Assembly (NCBI GenBank): GCA_035349995.1
Contig: DAOPTN010000001.1
Coordinates: 1 to 44,952 of the forward strand
From: Candidatus Pacearchaeota archaeon
Lineage (GTDB): Bacteria; Patescibacteriota; Minisyncoccia; Minisyncoccales; GCA-002788555
Length of the DNA: 44,952 bases
Reading direction: 5' to 3'
Positions 1 to 7,741 of the stretch are shown here, one piece after another (positions within the stretch are counted from its first letter, which is position 1; every line of letters begins with the position of its first letter). The notes beneath the pieces are model-generated. The model saw nothing but the letters and a program-made list of their open reading frames with translations. It was not told where the DNA came from and did no database searches. Made by a program: the position numbers and the translations under genes.

Positions 1-117
1 TCCAATAGAAAGAGACATAGCAATTTAATTTTAAATTTTTAATTTCTAATTTTTAATTTTAAAATTCTATAAGGCATTTATGCCGAATGTTTTGGTTTCG
101 GGGAATATTCCTCAAAA

Positions 118-315
118 TTATAAAATCTTTCCAAAAAACGTAACAAAATAACTTCCTTTACGACCAACATATCTTCCAAAAGGAACCCACAAGACATTAT
201 AATCGCAAATTAAAGTGTATTCTTTTGTCCTATCCGGTTGAATTAACCAACCCATCGTTCCGTCTTTGTATGCTTTCTGCTGAAATACTTTATCATAAAT
301 GGCTTTATTATTCAT
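118..315 (-). CDS. Small hypothetical protein. An in-frame upstream segment (316..387) encodes a signal-peptide-like MRKKNKIILIVSLLILVLFMWAP and is separated from it only by TGA.
   Basis: 65-aa ORF in the track. I translated 316..387 on the minus strand: ATG at 385..387, a hydrophobic leader, then TGA at 316..318 immediately before the ORF's ATG, all in frame. Confidence 0.3.
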   Translation of the reverse strand: MNNKAIYDKVFQQKAYKDGTMGWLIQPDRTKEYTLICDYNVLWVPFGRYVGRKGSYFVTFFGKIL

Positions 316-446
316 TCAAGGAGCCCACATAAATAAAACTAAAATTAGCAACGAAACGATTAAAATAATTTTATTTTTCTTTCTCATATTTGCGAATTTC
401 TTTTTGGCGGTAAATTCTTAATTGATTATATACTGAATCAAAACTC

Positions 447-475
447 TTGACAAGTAATTATTTTGAATATATACT
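447..475 (+). promoter_or_regulatory. Sigma70-like promoter TTGACA-N17-TATACT upstream of the DUF5320-like gene
   Basis: TTGACA at 447..452 and TATACT at 470..475, with a 17-nt spacer. It is followed by a hairpin (GATAGCC...GGCTATC) in the ~60-nt leader. Confidence 0.55.
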
Positions 476-540
476 CAAAACAGATAGCCAACAAAAGGTC
501 GAGGCTATCGGTAAAAATTTAAAAAGGAAATATAAAAACT

Positions 541-774
541 ATGCCAAGATTTGACGGAACTGGTCCTTGGGGTTATGGTCCCGGCACTGGCTGGGGCTTA
601 GGTCCTTGTGGTGCTGGAATGAGATGTGGTTGGGGTGGCTCTGGTTACGGATTTAGAAGATTCGTTTCACCTAAAAACGAACTGGCCGCTTTGGAAGAAG
701 AAGAAAAAATGCTTGAAGAAGAACTGGTCGCAATTCGAGAGGAAATATCTGCTCTAAAGGATCAGCAAAAATAA
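541..774 (+). CDS. DUF5320-like protein (Gly/Pro-rich N-terminus, coiled-coil C-terminus)
   Basis: N-terminus MPRFDGTGPWGYGPGTGWG and an acidic coiled-coil tail, matching my recollection of the DUF5320 family. It lies next to a DUF134 gene, its usual partner. Confidence 0.65.
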   Translation: MPRFDGTGPWGYGPGTGWGLGPCGAGMRCGWGGSGYGFRRFVSPKNELAALEEEEKMLEEELVAIREEISALKDQQK

Positions 775-898
775 AAACCCGAAGCAAAACAAGTTTGCAA
801 CGGGCAAGAAAGGCGAGGAACCGGCCTCTTTGCAAAAAGGGGCTGGGTATCCTTCTTTCAAATATAATTTATCATAAAATATAATAGTAATCAATCTT

Positions 899-1183
899 AT
901 GCCAAGACCAAAACTTTGTAGAAAAATTAGATTTAATCCAAATATAACTTATTTTAAGCCTCAAGGCGTGCCGATGAAGTTTTTAGAAGTTGTTAGTTTA
1001 TCGCTTGAAGAAATAGAGGCCTTAAGATTAAAAAATATTGAAGGATTAGAGCAAATAGAGTGCGCTAAAAAAATGAATACCTCGCAAAGCACCTTTCAAA
1101 GAATTCTATCTTCTGCTTATAAAAAAATTTCTGATGCCCTAATTAACGGAAAAGCAATTAAGATTATTAATGAAAAAAAATAA
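899..1183 (+). CDS. DUF134 (UPF0251) family predicted DNA-binding protein
   Basis: MPRPKLCRKIRFNPNITYFKPQGVP N-terminus followed by a sigma-70 region-4-like HTH (LSLEEIEALRLKNIEGLEQIECAKKMNTSQSTFQRIL). Confidence 0.75.
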   Translation: MPRPKLCRKIRFNPNITYFKPQGVPMKFLEVVSLSLEEIEALRLKNIEGLEQIECAKKMNTSQSTFQRILSSAYKKISDALINGKAIKIINEKK

Positions 1184-1240
1184 AAAGTAAAAATCAAATT
1201 GGCGGTATGCTTTGGTTAAAATCCGAACCTATTTTATTAG

Positions 1241-1296
1241 CGGGCTTGGCGGGCAGAAGGGCAAAAACCAAACCCCCTTTCCGCCCGCCTCGCCCG
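1241..1296. repeat. GC-rich imperfect long hairpin between convergent genes
   Basis: CGGGCTTGGCGGGCAGAAGGG (1241..1261) pairs imperfectly with CCCTTTCCGCCCGCCTCGCCCG (1275..1296). It is followed by GCGAAAGCGAAAGCGAAAAG, which resembles the GC-rich repeat modules elsewhere in the window. Confidence 0.5.
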
Positions 1297-1409
1297 AAAG
1301 CGAAAGCGAAAAGGACGATTTCAAGTTTGGCAGCAAATTCTTTCGGAAATAAAATTACATGTTTCTATAAAGATGTTTTATTCTTTGTTCTGTTAAATCA
1401 TTCTACTTT

Positions 1410-2324
1410 TCATTCAAAAATTTCTTTGAAAATTGTTTTCAGTTTTTGATCCACGTTTTGCGGTAATGTGCCGCGTCGAATTTTCAAATTATCAAGTACA
1501 GTCTCGAATCTTTGGAACCTACTATTACTTCTTAATTCAACCCATTCAACGCCTAAACTATCTAGCTGCCTCTTATTTGTTTCTGAAAGCTTATCAGCTA
1601 CAAATACCTTACTATCTCTCGCTATAACAGCATCGGCACTTTCTGGATTTCCTCTTCCCATTAATTTAACTTCGCATTTGTATAAGTTTTTACCTTCAAC
1701 TAAATAAAAGTCAACCTCTCTCTCAAAGTCAGTATCTTCTATGACTTTACCTTTAATTTTTATAACATAATTGCTCTCGTCCACATCGTACAACTTGCAC
1801 AATGTTTGCATAAGTGGTTTTTCTACTCTTTTACCGGCAGTACTCCATAAGCCACCCCTTAACTCTGCCCGTTTTACTGCAAGAGTATTTATTACTATTA
1901 AACTTTCGCTTATATTTAAATCAACACTTACCCCCTTAAATTTAATGGTTAATGTGAGATCAAGGTCGTATTCTGTTTCTACAAGATTTTTAATTGATTC
2001 ATACAAAGAATCATAATGTTCATTTGATGCATCTATAACTATTTCCTTTGTTGAAGAATTAAACATATTATGAATCGTTTTTTTATTCAATCCGGCATTA
2101 ATGGCAATATCTCTAGCTGGTAGTTCTGGATTAAGAAATTCTTTTTTATACCAGTCAACAGTTATATTTTGGTTTTTTAATTTTGCATCAACAACTCTTT
2201 TAAAAAAATCTATTGCAAACTGTAAAAATTCGGCGTTAATTAAAGTAACTACCTCTATTCTGTAGTCTTCTCCTTTTAATAATTTCCTAATTATGTTTTG
2301 TGCGACTTGTTCGGTTATTGTCAT
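1410..2324 (-). CDS. Type II restriction endonuclease (PD-(D/E)XK-like)
   Basis: 304-aa ORF whose ATG overlaps the methyltransferase stop (ATGA at 2321..2324). Candidate catalytic motif EREVDFYL...YKCEVKL (D...ExK). The operon context is C-M-R. Confidence 0.6.
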   Translation of the reverse strand: MTITEQVAQNIIRKLLKGEDYRIEVVTLINAEFLQFAIDFFKRVVDAKLKNQNITVDWYKKEFLNPELPARDIAINAGLNKKTIHNMFNSSTKEIVIDASNEHYDSLYESIKNLVETEYDLDLTLTIKFKGVSVDLNISESLIVINTLAVKRAELRGGLWSTAGKRVEKPLMQTLCKLYDVDESNYVIKIKGKVIEDTDFEREVDFYLVEGKNLYKCEVKLMGRGNPESADAVIARDSKVFVADKLSETNKRQLDSLGVEWVELRSNSRFQRFETVLDNLKIRRGTLPQNVDQKLKTIFKEIFE

Positions 2325-3733
2325 ATTTTTCTCTTTGTTAAAGTAATAAATTCTTGAAGGCTAACAAATTTTGGTTGGCCTACTTGATTAAATAAATTAC
2401 CCAGCTTATTTAATTCCTCTTTAATTCTATTTATATATTTAGATTCTTTTTCTGTTAAAAAGAAATTTCTATTTAGATTCAACGCTGCTTTGCCTAATGT
2501 TCCGCTGCCTGCAAATGGATCGAAAATCAAATCTCCTACAAAAGAATAAAATTTAATAACTCTGTTGCAAAGTTCGAGTGGAAAAACAGCAGTATGAATT
2601 TTATCAAACGTCGGATCTATACGCCAAACATTTGTAGTTTCGTATTCTTCAAGCACCTTACTTTTTTCAATCTTATCCCAGTCATATTGTCTTATATTCC
2701 AATCAATCAATTTATCTGTTTTCTTGCGATAGACCATTAACATTTCAGTAACAGCATTTGGTTTATAGGCCAGTGGCTTTCTATGTTGTAAAAATCCTGC
2801 ATTTCTATTTTTTACACTTGCCTCAGGTTTAACCCATACAATATCATCAATAAATTCCCACCCCATTTTTATTAATAATGAATGTACGTCATATGGTATA
2901 GGGTACCTTTTACTAGCGTGTTGCCTACTAATTCTTGGAATAATGATTGGCGATGTATTGAGGACAAAAAACCTACCTTCTTTGGTAATACGATGAACTT
3001 CTTTAAAAACTCGTTCTAAAAAATCTAAATACTCATCATAACTTTGATAAATTGAATAATCCCTTGCATTGTAATAAGGTGGCGACGTAAAAGTTAAATG
3101 AACGGATTCATCCGGCACATATTTTATTATTTCTTGCACATCTCCATGAACTACTATATTTTTTAGAAACTTGGGGAATTCGTCGTGTTTTTGTTGACTC
3201 TTTGATTGGTATTGAACTCCGTTGACTTCTTTATTAATAACTTCTCTGATTAACTCGTTAGGATGATTTAGCAGTTTCTTTAATTCATTCTTTATGTTTG
3301 ATTTATAAGAAAATACAAGCAAACCTCTTATTGCTTGCATTACAACCTTTGGATCTTTATCTTTTAAAAAATTAATTAAAGCAGGAATGGCTTTCTCATT
3401 TCTAAGTCTCCCTATGGCAGAAACTGCTTCTCTCCTTACAATTGTACTTTCATCGGCGCTTGCGTATTTAATGAAAATGGGTAAAAGGTTAATATCTTTA
3501 ATTTTTGCTAAATTTTTTATTGATAAAGCTCTAATATTTTCATTTGAGTGATTTAGTAAATTTTGTAATGGTTCTTTACTATAATCATTTTCTAATCTAC
3601 CAAGTTTTTCTAAAACATAAATAATAACTCCATCACTTTGGTTTTGTAAAAAAGATAAAAAAGCTTTTGAATCATTTTTAAGCTTATCGATTACCTCTAC
3701 ATTTATTTGTTTGCTTAAAATAGCTTTGTTCAT
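2321..3733 (-). CDS. DNA methyltransferase (beta-class, N4-C or N6-A) with an N-terminal HEAT/PBS-lyase-like repeat domain
   Basis: Motif IV TSPPYY precedes motif I FDPFAGSGT near the C-terminus, which is the beta-class order. Residues ~40-170 show repeated helical HEAT-like units (NIRALSIKNLAKIKD..., STIVRREAVSAIGRLRNEKAIPALINFLKDKDPKVVMQAIRGL). Confidence 0.85.
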   Translation of the reverse strand: MNKAILSKQINVEVIDKLKNDSKAFLSFLQNQSDGVIIYVLEKLGRLENDYSKEPLQNLLNHSNENIRALSIKNLAKIKDINLLPIFIKYASADESTIVRREAVSAIGRLRNEKAIPALINFLKDKDPKVVMQAIRGLLVFSYKSNIKNELKKLLNHPNELIREVINKEVNGVQYQSKSQQKHDEFPKFLKNIVVHGDVQEIIKYVPDESVHLTFTSPPYYNARDYSIYQSYDEYLDFLERVFKEVHRITKEGRFFVLNTSPIIIPRISRQHASKRYPIPYDVHSLLIKMGWEFIDDIVWVKPEASVKNRNAGFLQHRKPLAYKPNAVTEMLMVYRKKTDKLIDWNIRQYDWDKIEKSKVLEEYETTNVWRIDPTFDKIHTAVFPLELCNRVIKFYSFVGDLIFDPFAGSGTLGKAALNLNRNFFLTEKESKYINRIKEELNKLGNLFNQVGQPKFVSLQEFITLTKRKI

Positions 3734-3734
3734 A

Positions 3735-3941
3735 TTATCTTATTAAGTCTTCAATATTTACTCCCAACGCCTTAGCAATTTTCGCCATAGTTTGAACGTT
3801 TGGCTTATTAATTGCTCCACTTTCGACCTTCATAAGTATGGTGTATTTAATATCCGCCTTCTTGGCTAAATCGTCTTGCGTTAAGCCGAGTTTGTTGCGA
3901 AGTTTCTTAATATTTTCGCTGATAATTTTTCCACTTGTCAA
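3735..3941 (-). CDS. XRE-family HTH protein, probably the R-M controller (C) protein
   Basis: 68 aa with a typical XRE HTH (LRNKLGLTQDDLAKKADIKYTILMKVESG). Its stop is 1 nt before the methyltransferase ATG. The start appears to be TTG. Confidence 0.7.
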   Translation of the reverse strand: MTSGKIISENIKKLRNKLGLTQDDLAKKADIKYTILMKVESGAINKPNVQTMAKIAKALGVNIEDLIR

Positions 3942-3951
3942 ATAAAGTTTC

Positions 3952-3998
3952 AGTAGTATTGTAGTATATTAGAATTTTGTCTCTAATGTAATAGTACC
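3952..3998 (-). promoter_or_regulatory. Candidate promoter (TTACAT-N17-TATACT) and imperfect inverted repeat (possible C-box) upstream of the controller gene
   Basis: Minus-strand -35 at 3986..3991 and -10 at 3963..3968. Arms GGTACTATTACATTAG and CTAATATACTAC flank a ~10-nt centre and match only partially. Confidence 0.3.
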
Positions 3999-4127
3999 AA
4001 ATGAAATGAATTTAATCAATAAAATTCGAAAAAACCCGCTTTTGGCGTTCCGCTTCACGAAACAAAGACAAAAAATTCAATTTTGCGCCTAAAATCGACT
4101 GGCGAGCCAGCAACATCTTTTTATGAT

Positions 4128-4216
4128 TGGCGGTGGGGACAGGACTCGAACCTGCAAACCTCTTTCGAGGTTCACGCTTTCCAGGCGTGTGCCTTGCCAA
4201 TTCGGCGCACCCCACC
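4128..4216 (-). tRNA. tRNA-Ser (anticodon GGA), CCA encoded
   Basis: The reverse complement GGTGGGGTGCGCCGAATTGGCAAGGCACACGCCTGGAAAGCGTGAACCTCGAAAGAGGTTTGCAGGTTCGAGTCCTGTCCCCACCGCCA folds as a cloverleaf. It has a long variable arm, anticodon loop CTGGAAA, and a GGTTCGAGTCC T-loop. Confidence 0.9.
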
Positions 4217-4631
4217 AGTAAATAAATTTTACTCTAAATTTCAATTTTAAGCAAACATCAACAATTATTTAATGATTTGGAAAGTAACAACATTATTACT
4301 TATCTAGGCCTCTAATTATTACCTCTAATTATTATTAGAAAAAGTTAACGATAAAAATAGAAGCGGATCCCTATGTCTATTGGGATATAAATCGGATCCA
4401 ATTATAACCTTTATTTATTTAAATTATAAAAATATCTTGAGCATGATATAAAAATGCTCATTTTTATTTTGCTTTTAAACATAAATTTGATATAATAAAA
4501 ATTAGGAAAGATTTGTGAAATTAACTCAAAAATTTAAAAACTATAATTTATTTCCTTCTTTGTATTGATAAATTGCAAACAAAAAGAAGAGTAAAAAGAA
4601 TACGAAGTATTTTGGAAGTAAAATAAATTTT

Positions 4632-5633
4632 ATGTTTAAACTTCAACGTTATTCTAAAAACCCAATCTTAACACCAATAAAAGAACATCCCTGGGAATCA
4701 AAGATGGTTTTTAATCCAGCTGCAGCTTTAAAAGATAATAAGGTGCACCTTATTTATCGTGCAATGGGTGAAGACGAAATTGATGGGTATCCTATTTCAC
4801 GATTAGGAGCGTGTGTGTTAAAAAATGATGGCGTAACAATAGAAAAAAGGTACGAAAAACCAATTTTAGAACCAAAAAAATGGTATGAGCCAGCAGGATG
4901 CGAAGATCCTAGAATTACTGAAATCGATGGTAAATATTATCTTTTATATACTGCTTATCTTGGCTATAATGCTCCCCCGTTATTTAAAGAAGAGAAAACC
5001 AATATTGCTATGGCTGTAAGCGATGATCTTTTTCATTGGAAAAGATTTGATCATCTTTTATTACCAGATGTTTTTGAACCAGAAAAGAACGGCGTTTTGT
5101 TCCCCAAAAAAATTAATGGATATTACGTGCTTTTTTATCGCATTGAACCATCAATATATGTGGCTTATACAAAAAATTTAACACCTTTCCCACCTAAATG
5201 GATTGGCCACAAAGTAATAGCAACTCCCAGGGAAAATTCTTGGGACTCTTGGAAAATTGGAGCAGGCGCTCCTCCTATTGAAACAAAAGATGGTTGGCTT
5301 TTAATCTATCATGGTATAGACAGACGAGGAGTTTCTCGAAGAGAAAAAAAGAAAAAAGATGGGAAAAAAGAAGAACGTATTTATAGATTAGGCGTAATGC
5401 TTCTTGACAAAGAAGATCCTGAAAAAATTCTCTATCGTTCAAAGAATTGGATTTTAGAACCGGAAGAGCCTTATGAGAAAGAAGGAGCTGTCCCTAATGT
5501 AGTTTTTACTTGCGGTGCTGTAGTAATAAAAGACACTCTTTTTGTTTATTATGGCGGAGCCGATACTGTTATTGGAGTTGCTACCTGCAGTTTAAAAGAA
5601 TTGCTTTCTGCTATTAAGAAAGGAGAAGTTTAA
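4632..5633 (+). CDS. GH130-family glycoside phosphorylase/hydrolase (PH1107-related)
   Basis: NPILTP...WESKMVFNPAA, GCEDPRITEIDGKYYLLYTAY and YYGGADT motifs are typical of the beta-mannoside phosphorylase family. Confidence 0.8.
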   Translation: MFKLQRYSKNPILTPIKEHPWESKMVFNPAAALKDNKVHLIYRAMGEDEIDGYPISRLGACVLKNDGVTIEKRYEKPILEPKKWYEPAGCEDPRITEIDGKYYLLYTAYLGYNAPPLFKEEKTNIAMAVSDDLFHWKRFDHLLLPDVFEPEKNGVLFPKKINGYYVLFYRIEPSIYVAYTKNLTPFPPKWIGHKVIATPRENSWDSWKIGAGAPPIETKDGWLLIYHGIDRRGVSRREKKKKDGKKEERIYRLGVMLLDKEDPEKILYRSKNWILEPEEPYEKEGAVPNVVFTCGAVVIKDTLFVYYGGADTVIGVATCSLKELLSAIKKGEV

Positions 5634-5647
5634 TAATTTTTTAAAAA

Positions 5648-6520
5648 ATGTTAAGCGCTAAAAAATACAAAGGGAATCCAATCATCGTCCCCTCTTTAGA
5701 AAAAAAAGAGTCCTCGATTTATAACCCCACAACTGTTGTTCGAAAAGAAAAGGTTTTTTTGCTGGGTCGAAGTGAGTTTGGACACGAAAATAAAACCATA
5801 TCTAAAATTAATCTTTTTTCAAGCCAGAATGGCTTTTCTTTTAAACCATTCCCCAAAAACCCAGTAATAAAACCAGAAAAAAAATACGAAAAAATGGGAT
5901 GCGAAGACCCAAGAGTAATAAAAACAGATAAGAATAACTATTTTCTTACTTACACTGCCTACAAAGGAAAAGATAAAAATGGAGATTATAAAATAAAATT
6001 AATGGGGGCCCTTTCAAAAGATTTGATTTCCTGGCAAAAATTCCCGCTAATTGACAATGAAAAATCCGGAGCGGTTGTTCAAAATTACAAACACAAAGAC
6101 CAATATGTAATGTATTTTGGAGGTAAAGAAATCAAAATTGCCTTTTCTCGAGATTTAAAAAAATGGAAATTTGACGCTAAACCAATTTTTACTGCAAGAA
6201 AAGGAAATTTTTTTGATAATTATTTGGTTGAGCCTGGCCCGCCTCCCATTTTAATCAAAAAAGGGATTCTTTTAATTTATAATGGTAAAAATGCTGCTGG
6301 AAAATTCTCAGCAGGTTGGGCTATTTTTGATAAAAACAACCCTGCGAAATTATTGAAACGCTCTCGAAAACCAATTCTTGAGCCAATAGAATATTGGGAA
6401 AAATATGGAAAAGTAAATAATGTAATTTTTGCTACCGGTCTTGTATTTTTTAAAGGAAAATGGCTTTTATATTATGGTGGAGCTGACAAAAGTACGGGCG
6501 TAGCAGTACTTAATTTCTAA
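5648..6520 (+). CDS. GH130-family glycoside phosphorylase/hydrolase, second paralog
   Basis: Same motifs as the neighbour (GCEDPRVIK...YFLTYTAY, LYYGGADKSTGVA). It starts 15 nt after the first copy. Confidence 0.75.
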   Translation: MLSAKKYKGNPIIVPSLEKKESSIYNPTTVVRKEKVFLLGRSEFGHENKTISKINLFSSQNGFSFKPFPKNPVIKPEKKYEKMGCEDPRVIKTDKNNYFLTYTAYKGKDKNGDYKIKLMGALSKDLISWQKFPLIDNEKSGAVVQNYKHKDQYVMYFGGKEIKIAFSRDLKKWKFDAKPIFTARKGNFFDNYLVEPGPPPILIKKGILLIYNGKNAAGKFSAGWAIFDKNNPAKLLKRSRKPILEPIEYWEKYGKVNNVIFATGLVFFKGKWLLYYGGADKSTGVAVLNF

Positions 6521-6556
6521 TTTTTAATCATTTATAATTTTTTAATTTAAAAACAT

Positions 6557-7741
6557 ATGAATAAAAATTCTTTAGGAATATGTATTGTATCAAGCTATTC
6601 GCCAAGAAAATGCGGCATCGCTACTTATACTTCTAGTTTGAAACAAAATATCTTAAAAATTGCTCCTGACACAAATATCAAAATTGTGGCTATCAATGAT
6701 CCTCAAAAAAAATATCATTATTCTAAAAGAGTAATAGCAACAATTTCACAAGAAAAAAAAGAAACATACATAAAAGCAGCAAATGCAATAAATAAAAACA
6801 AGGAAATAGATGTAGTAAATCTTCAACATGTCTTTAGTTTGTTTGGAGGAAAAAATGGAGAATTTATTATTGATTTTCTTAAACATTTGAAAAAACCTGT
6901 AGTTACTACAATGCATATGATTTATTCTGCGCTGGAAAAACCAAATTCTCTTGAGGTTGTAGATAAAAGTTATAAAACTATAACAGAAAAAATCATATCC
7001 TTAAGCAGCAAAATAATAGTAATAATTCAACCGATGGCAGATATTTTAGAATCGCAATACCATTGTTCTTCTGAAAAAATTGCCGTAATCCCTCATGGGG
7101 TACCAGAGGTTAAAAAAGAAAATCCTAAAAAATATAAAAAATTAATCGGCCTTGAAAACAAAAAAATTATTTCTACTTTTGGATTAATAAGACCAAAGAA
7201 AGGACTCGAATATTTAATTTGGGCGATGCCAGAAATTGTAAAGAAATATCCAGAAGCTATCGCTTTGATCTTAGGTGAGTCACATCCTAATAGGCCAAAA
7301 GAATATTATAATTTTTTAAAAGAAGAGGCAAAAAAAACCGGTCTTTTAGATAAAAATATATATTTCAATAGCCACTATTTAAAATTTAAAGAAATTATTA
7401 CTTATCTCTTGGCAACTGATGTTTTTATTACTCCTTATCTTGTACCAGAACAAACATCAAGTGGGGTAATCGCTTATGCTCTTGGCTGTGGCAAGGTGGT
7501 TGTTTCTACGCCTTTTTTGTACGCCAAGGAAATGTTAAAAGACGGAAGAGGAATATTTATTAATTTTAAAGATTCTCAAAGCATTTTTTCTGCTATAGAT
7601 TTTATATTTTCCCATCCTGAGGAAAGAAAAAAAATTGAAAAAAGGGCCTATACCACTGCTCAAAAAATGCTTTGGAGTAAAGTATCAAAAGAATACCTCA
7701 AAGTTTTTAAAGATGGTATAAAAAACTATGAAAAAAAATGA
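6557..7741 (+). CDS. GT4-family glycosyltransferase
   Basis: N-terminus SSYSPRKCGIATYT and a C-terminal GT-B / EX7E-type region (EQTSSGVIAYALGCGKVVVSTP). Confidence 0.8.
   Translation: MNKNSLGICIVSSYSPRKCGIATYTSSLKQNILKIAPDTNIKIVAINDPQKKYHYSKRVIATISQEKKETYIKAANAINKNKEIDVVNLQHVFSLFGGKNGEFIIDFLKHLKKPVVTTMHMIYSALEKPNSLEVVDKSYKTITEKIISLSSKIIVIIQPMADILESQYHCSSEKIAVIPHGVPEVKKENPKKYKKLIGLENKKIISTFGLIRPKKGLEYLIWAMPEIVKKYPEAIALILGESHPNRPKEYYNFLKEEAKKTGLLDKNIYFNSHYLKFKEIITYLLATDVFITPYLVPEQTSSGVIAYALGCGKVVVSTPFLYAKEMLKDGRGIFINFKDSQSIFSAIDFIFSHPEERKKIEKRAYTTAQKMLWSKVSKEYLKVFKDGIKNYEKK

Noticed and set aside
1200-1330. GC-rich island as a small RNA gene (SRP RNA, tmRNA or a tRNA remnant).
   Set aside because: It has no SRP domain-IV motif (GGAA tetraloop with AGCA/GCA bulges) and no canonical T-loop. 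The TGGCGGT... start cannot be extended into an acceptor/T-arm, and the partner 5' acceptor strand was not found. It is better described as an imperfect long hairpin related to the GC-rich repeat words.
1207-1449. 80-aa plus-strand ORF.
   Set aside because: It spans the GC-rich hairpin and then runs antisense into the endonuclease gene end. Its composition is Pro/Arg/Ala-rich followed by Phe/Leu-rich, so it is not protein-like.
4012-4215. 67-aa minus-strand ORF.
   Set aside because: It overlaps tRNA-Ser almost completely, and its translation is Arg/Pro/Ala-rich nonsense.
4437-4466. Plus-strand terminator-like hairpin TGAGCAT-N9-ATGCTCA + TTTTT, taken as evidence for a hidden plus-strand gene between tRNA-Ser and the GH130 gene.
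   Set aside because: There is no ORF longer than about 12 codons and no recognisable RNA motif in 4217..4436. It may simply insulate the tRNA from the glycan cluster, so I did not report it as a gene.
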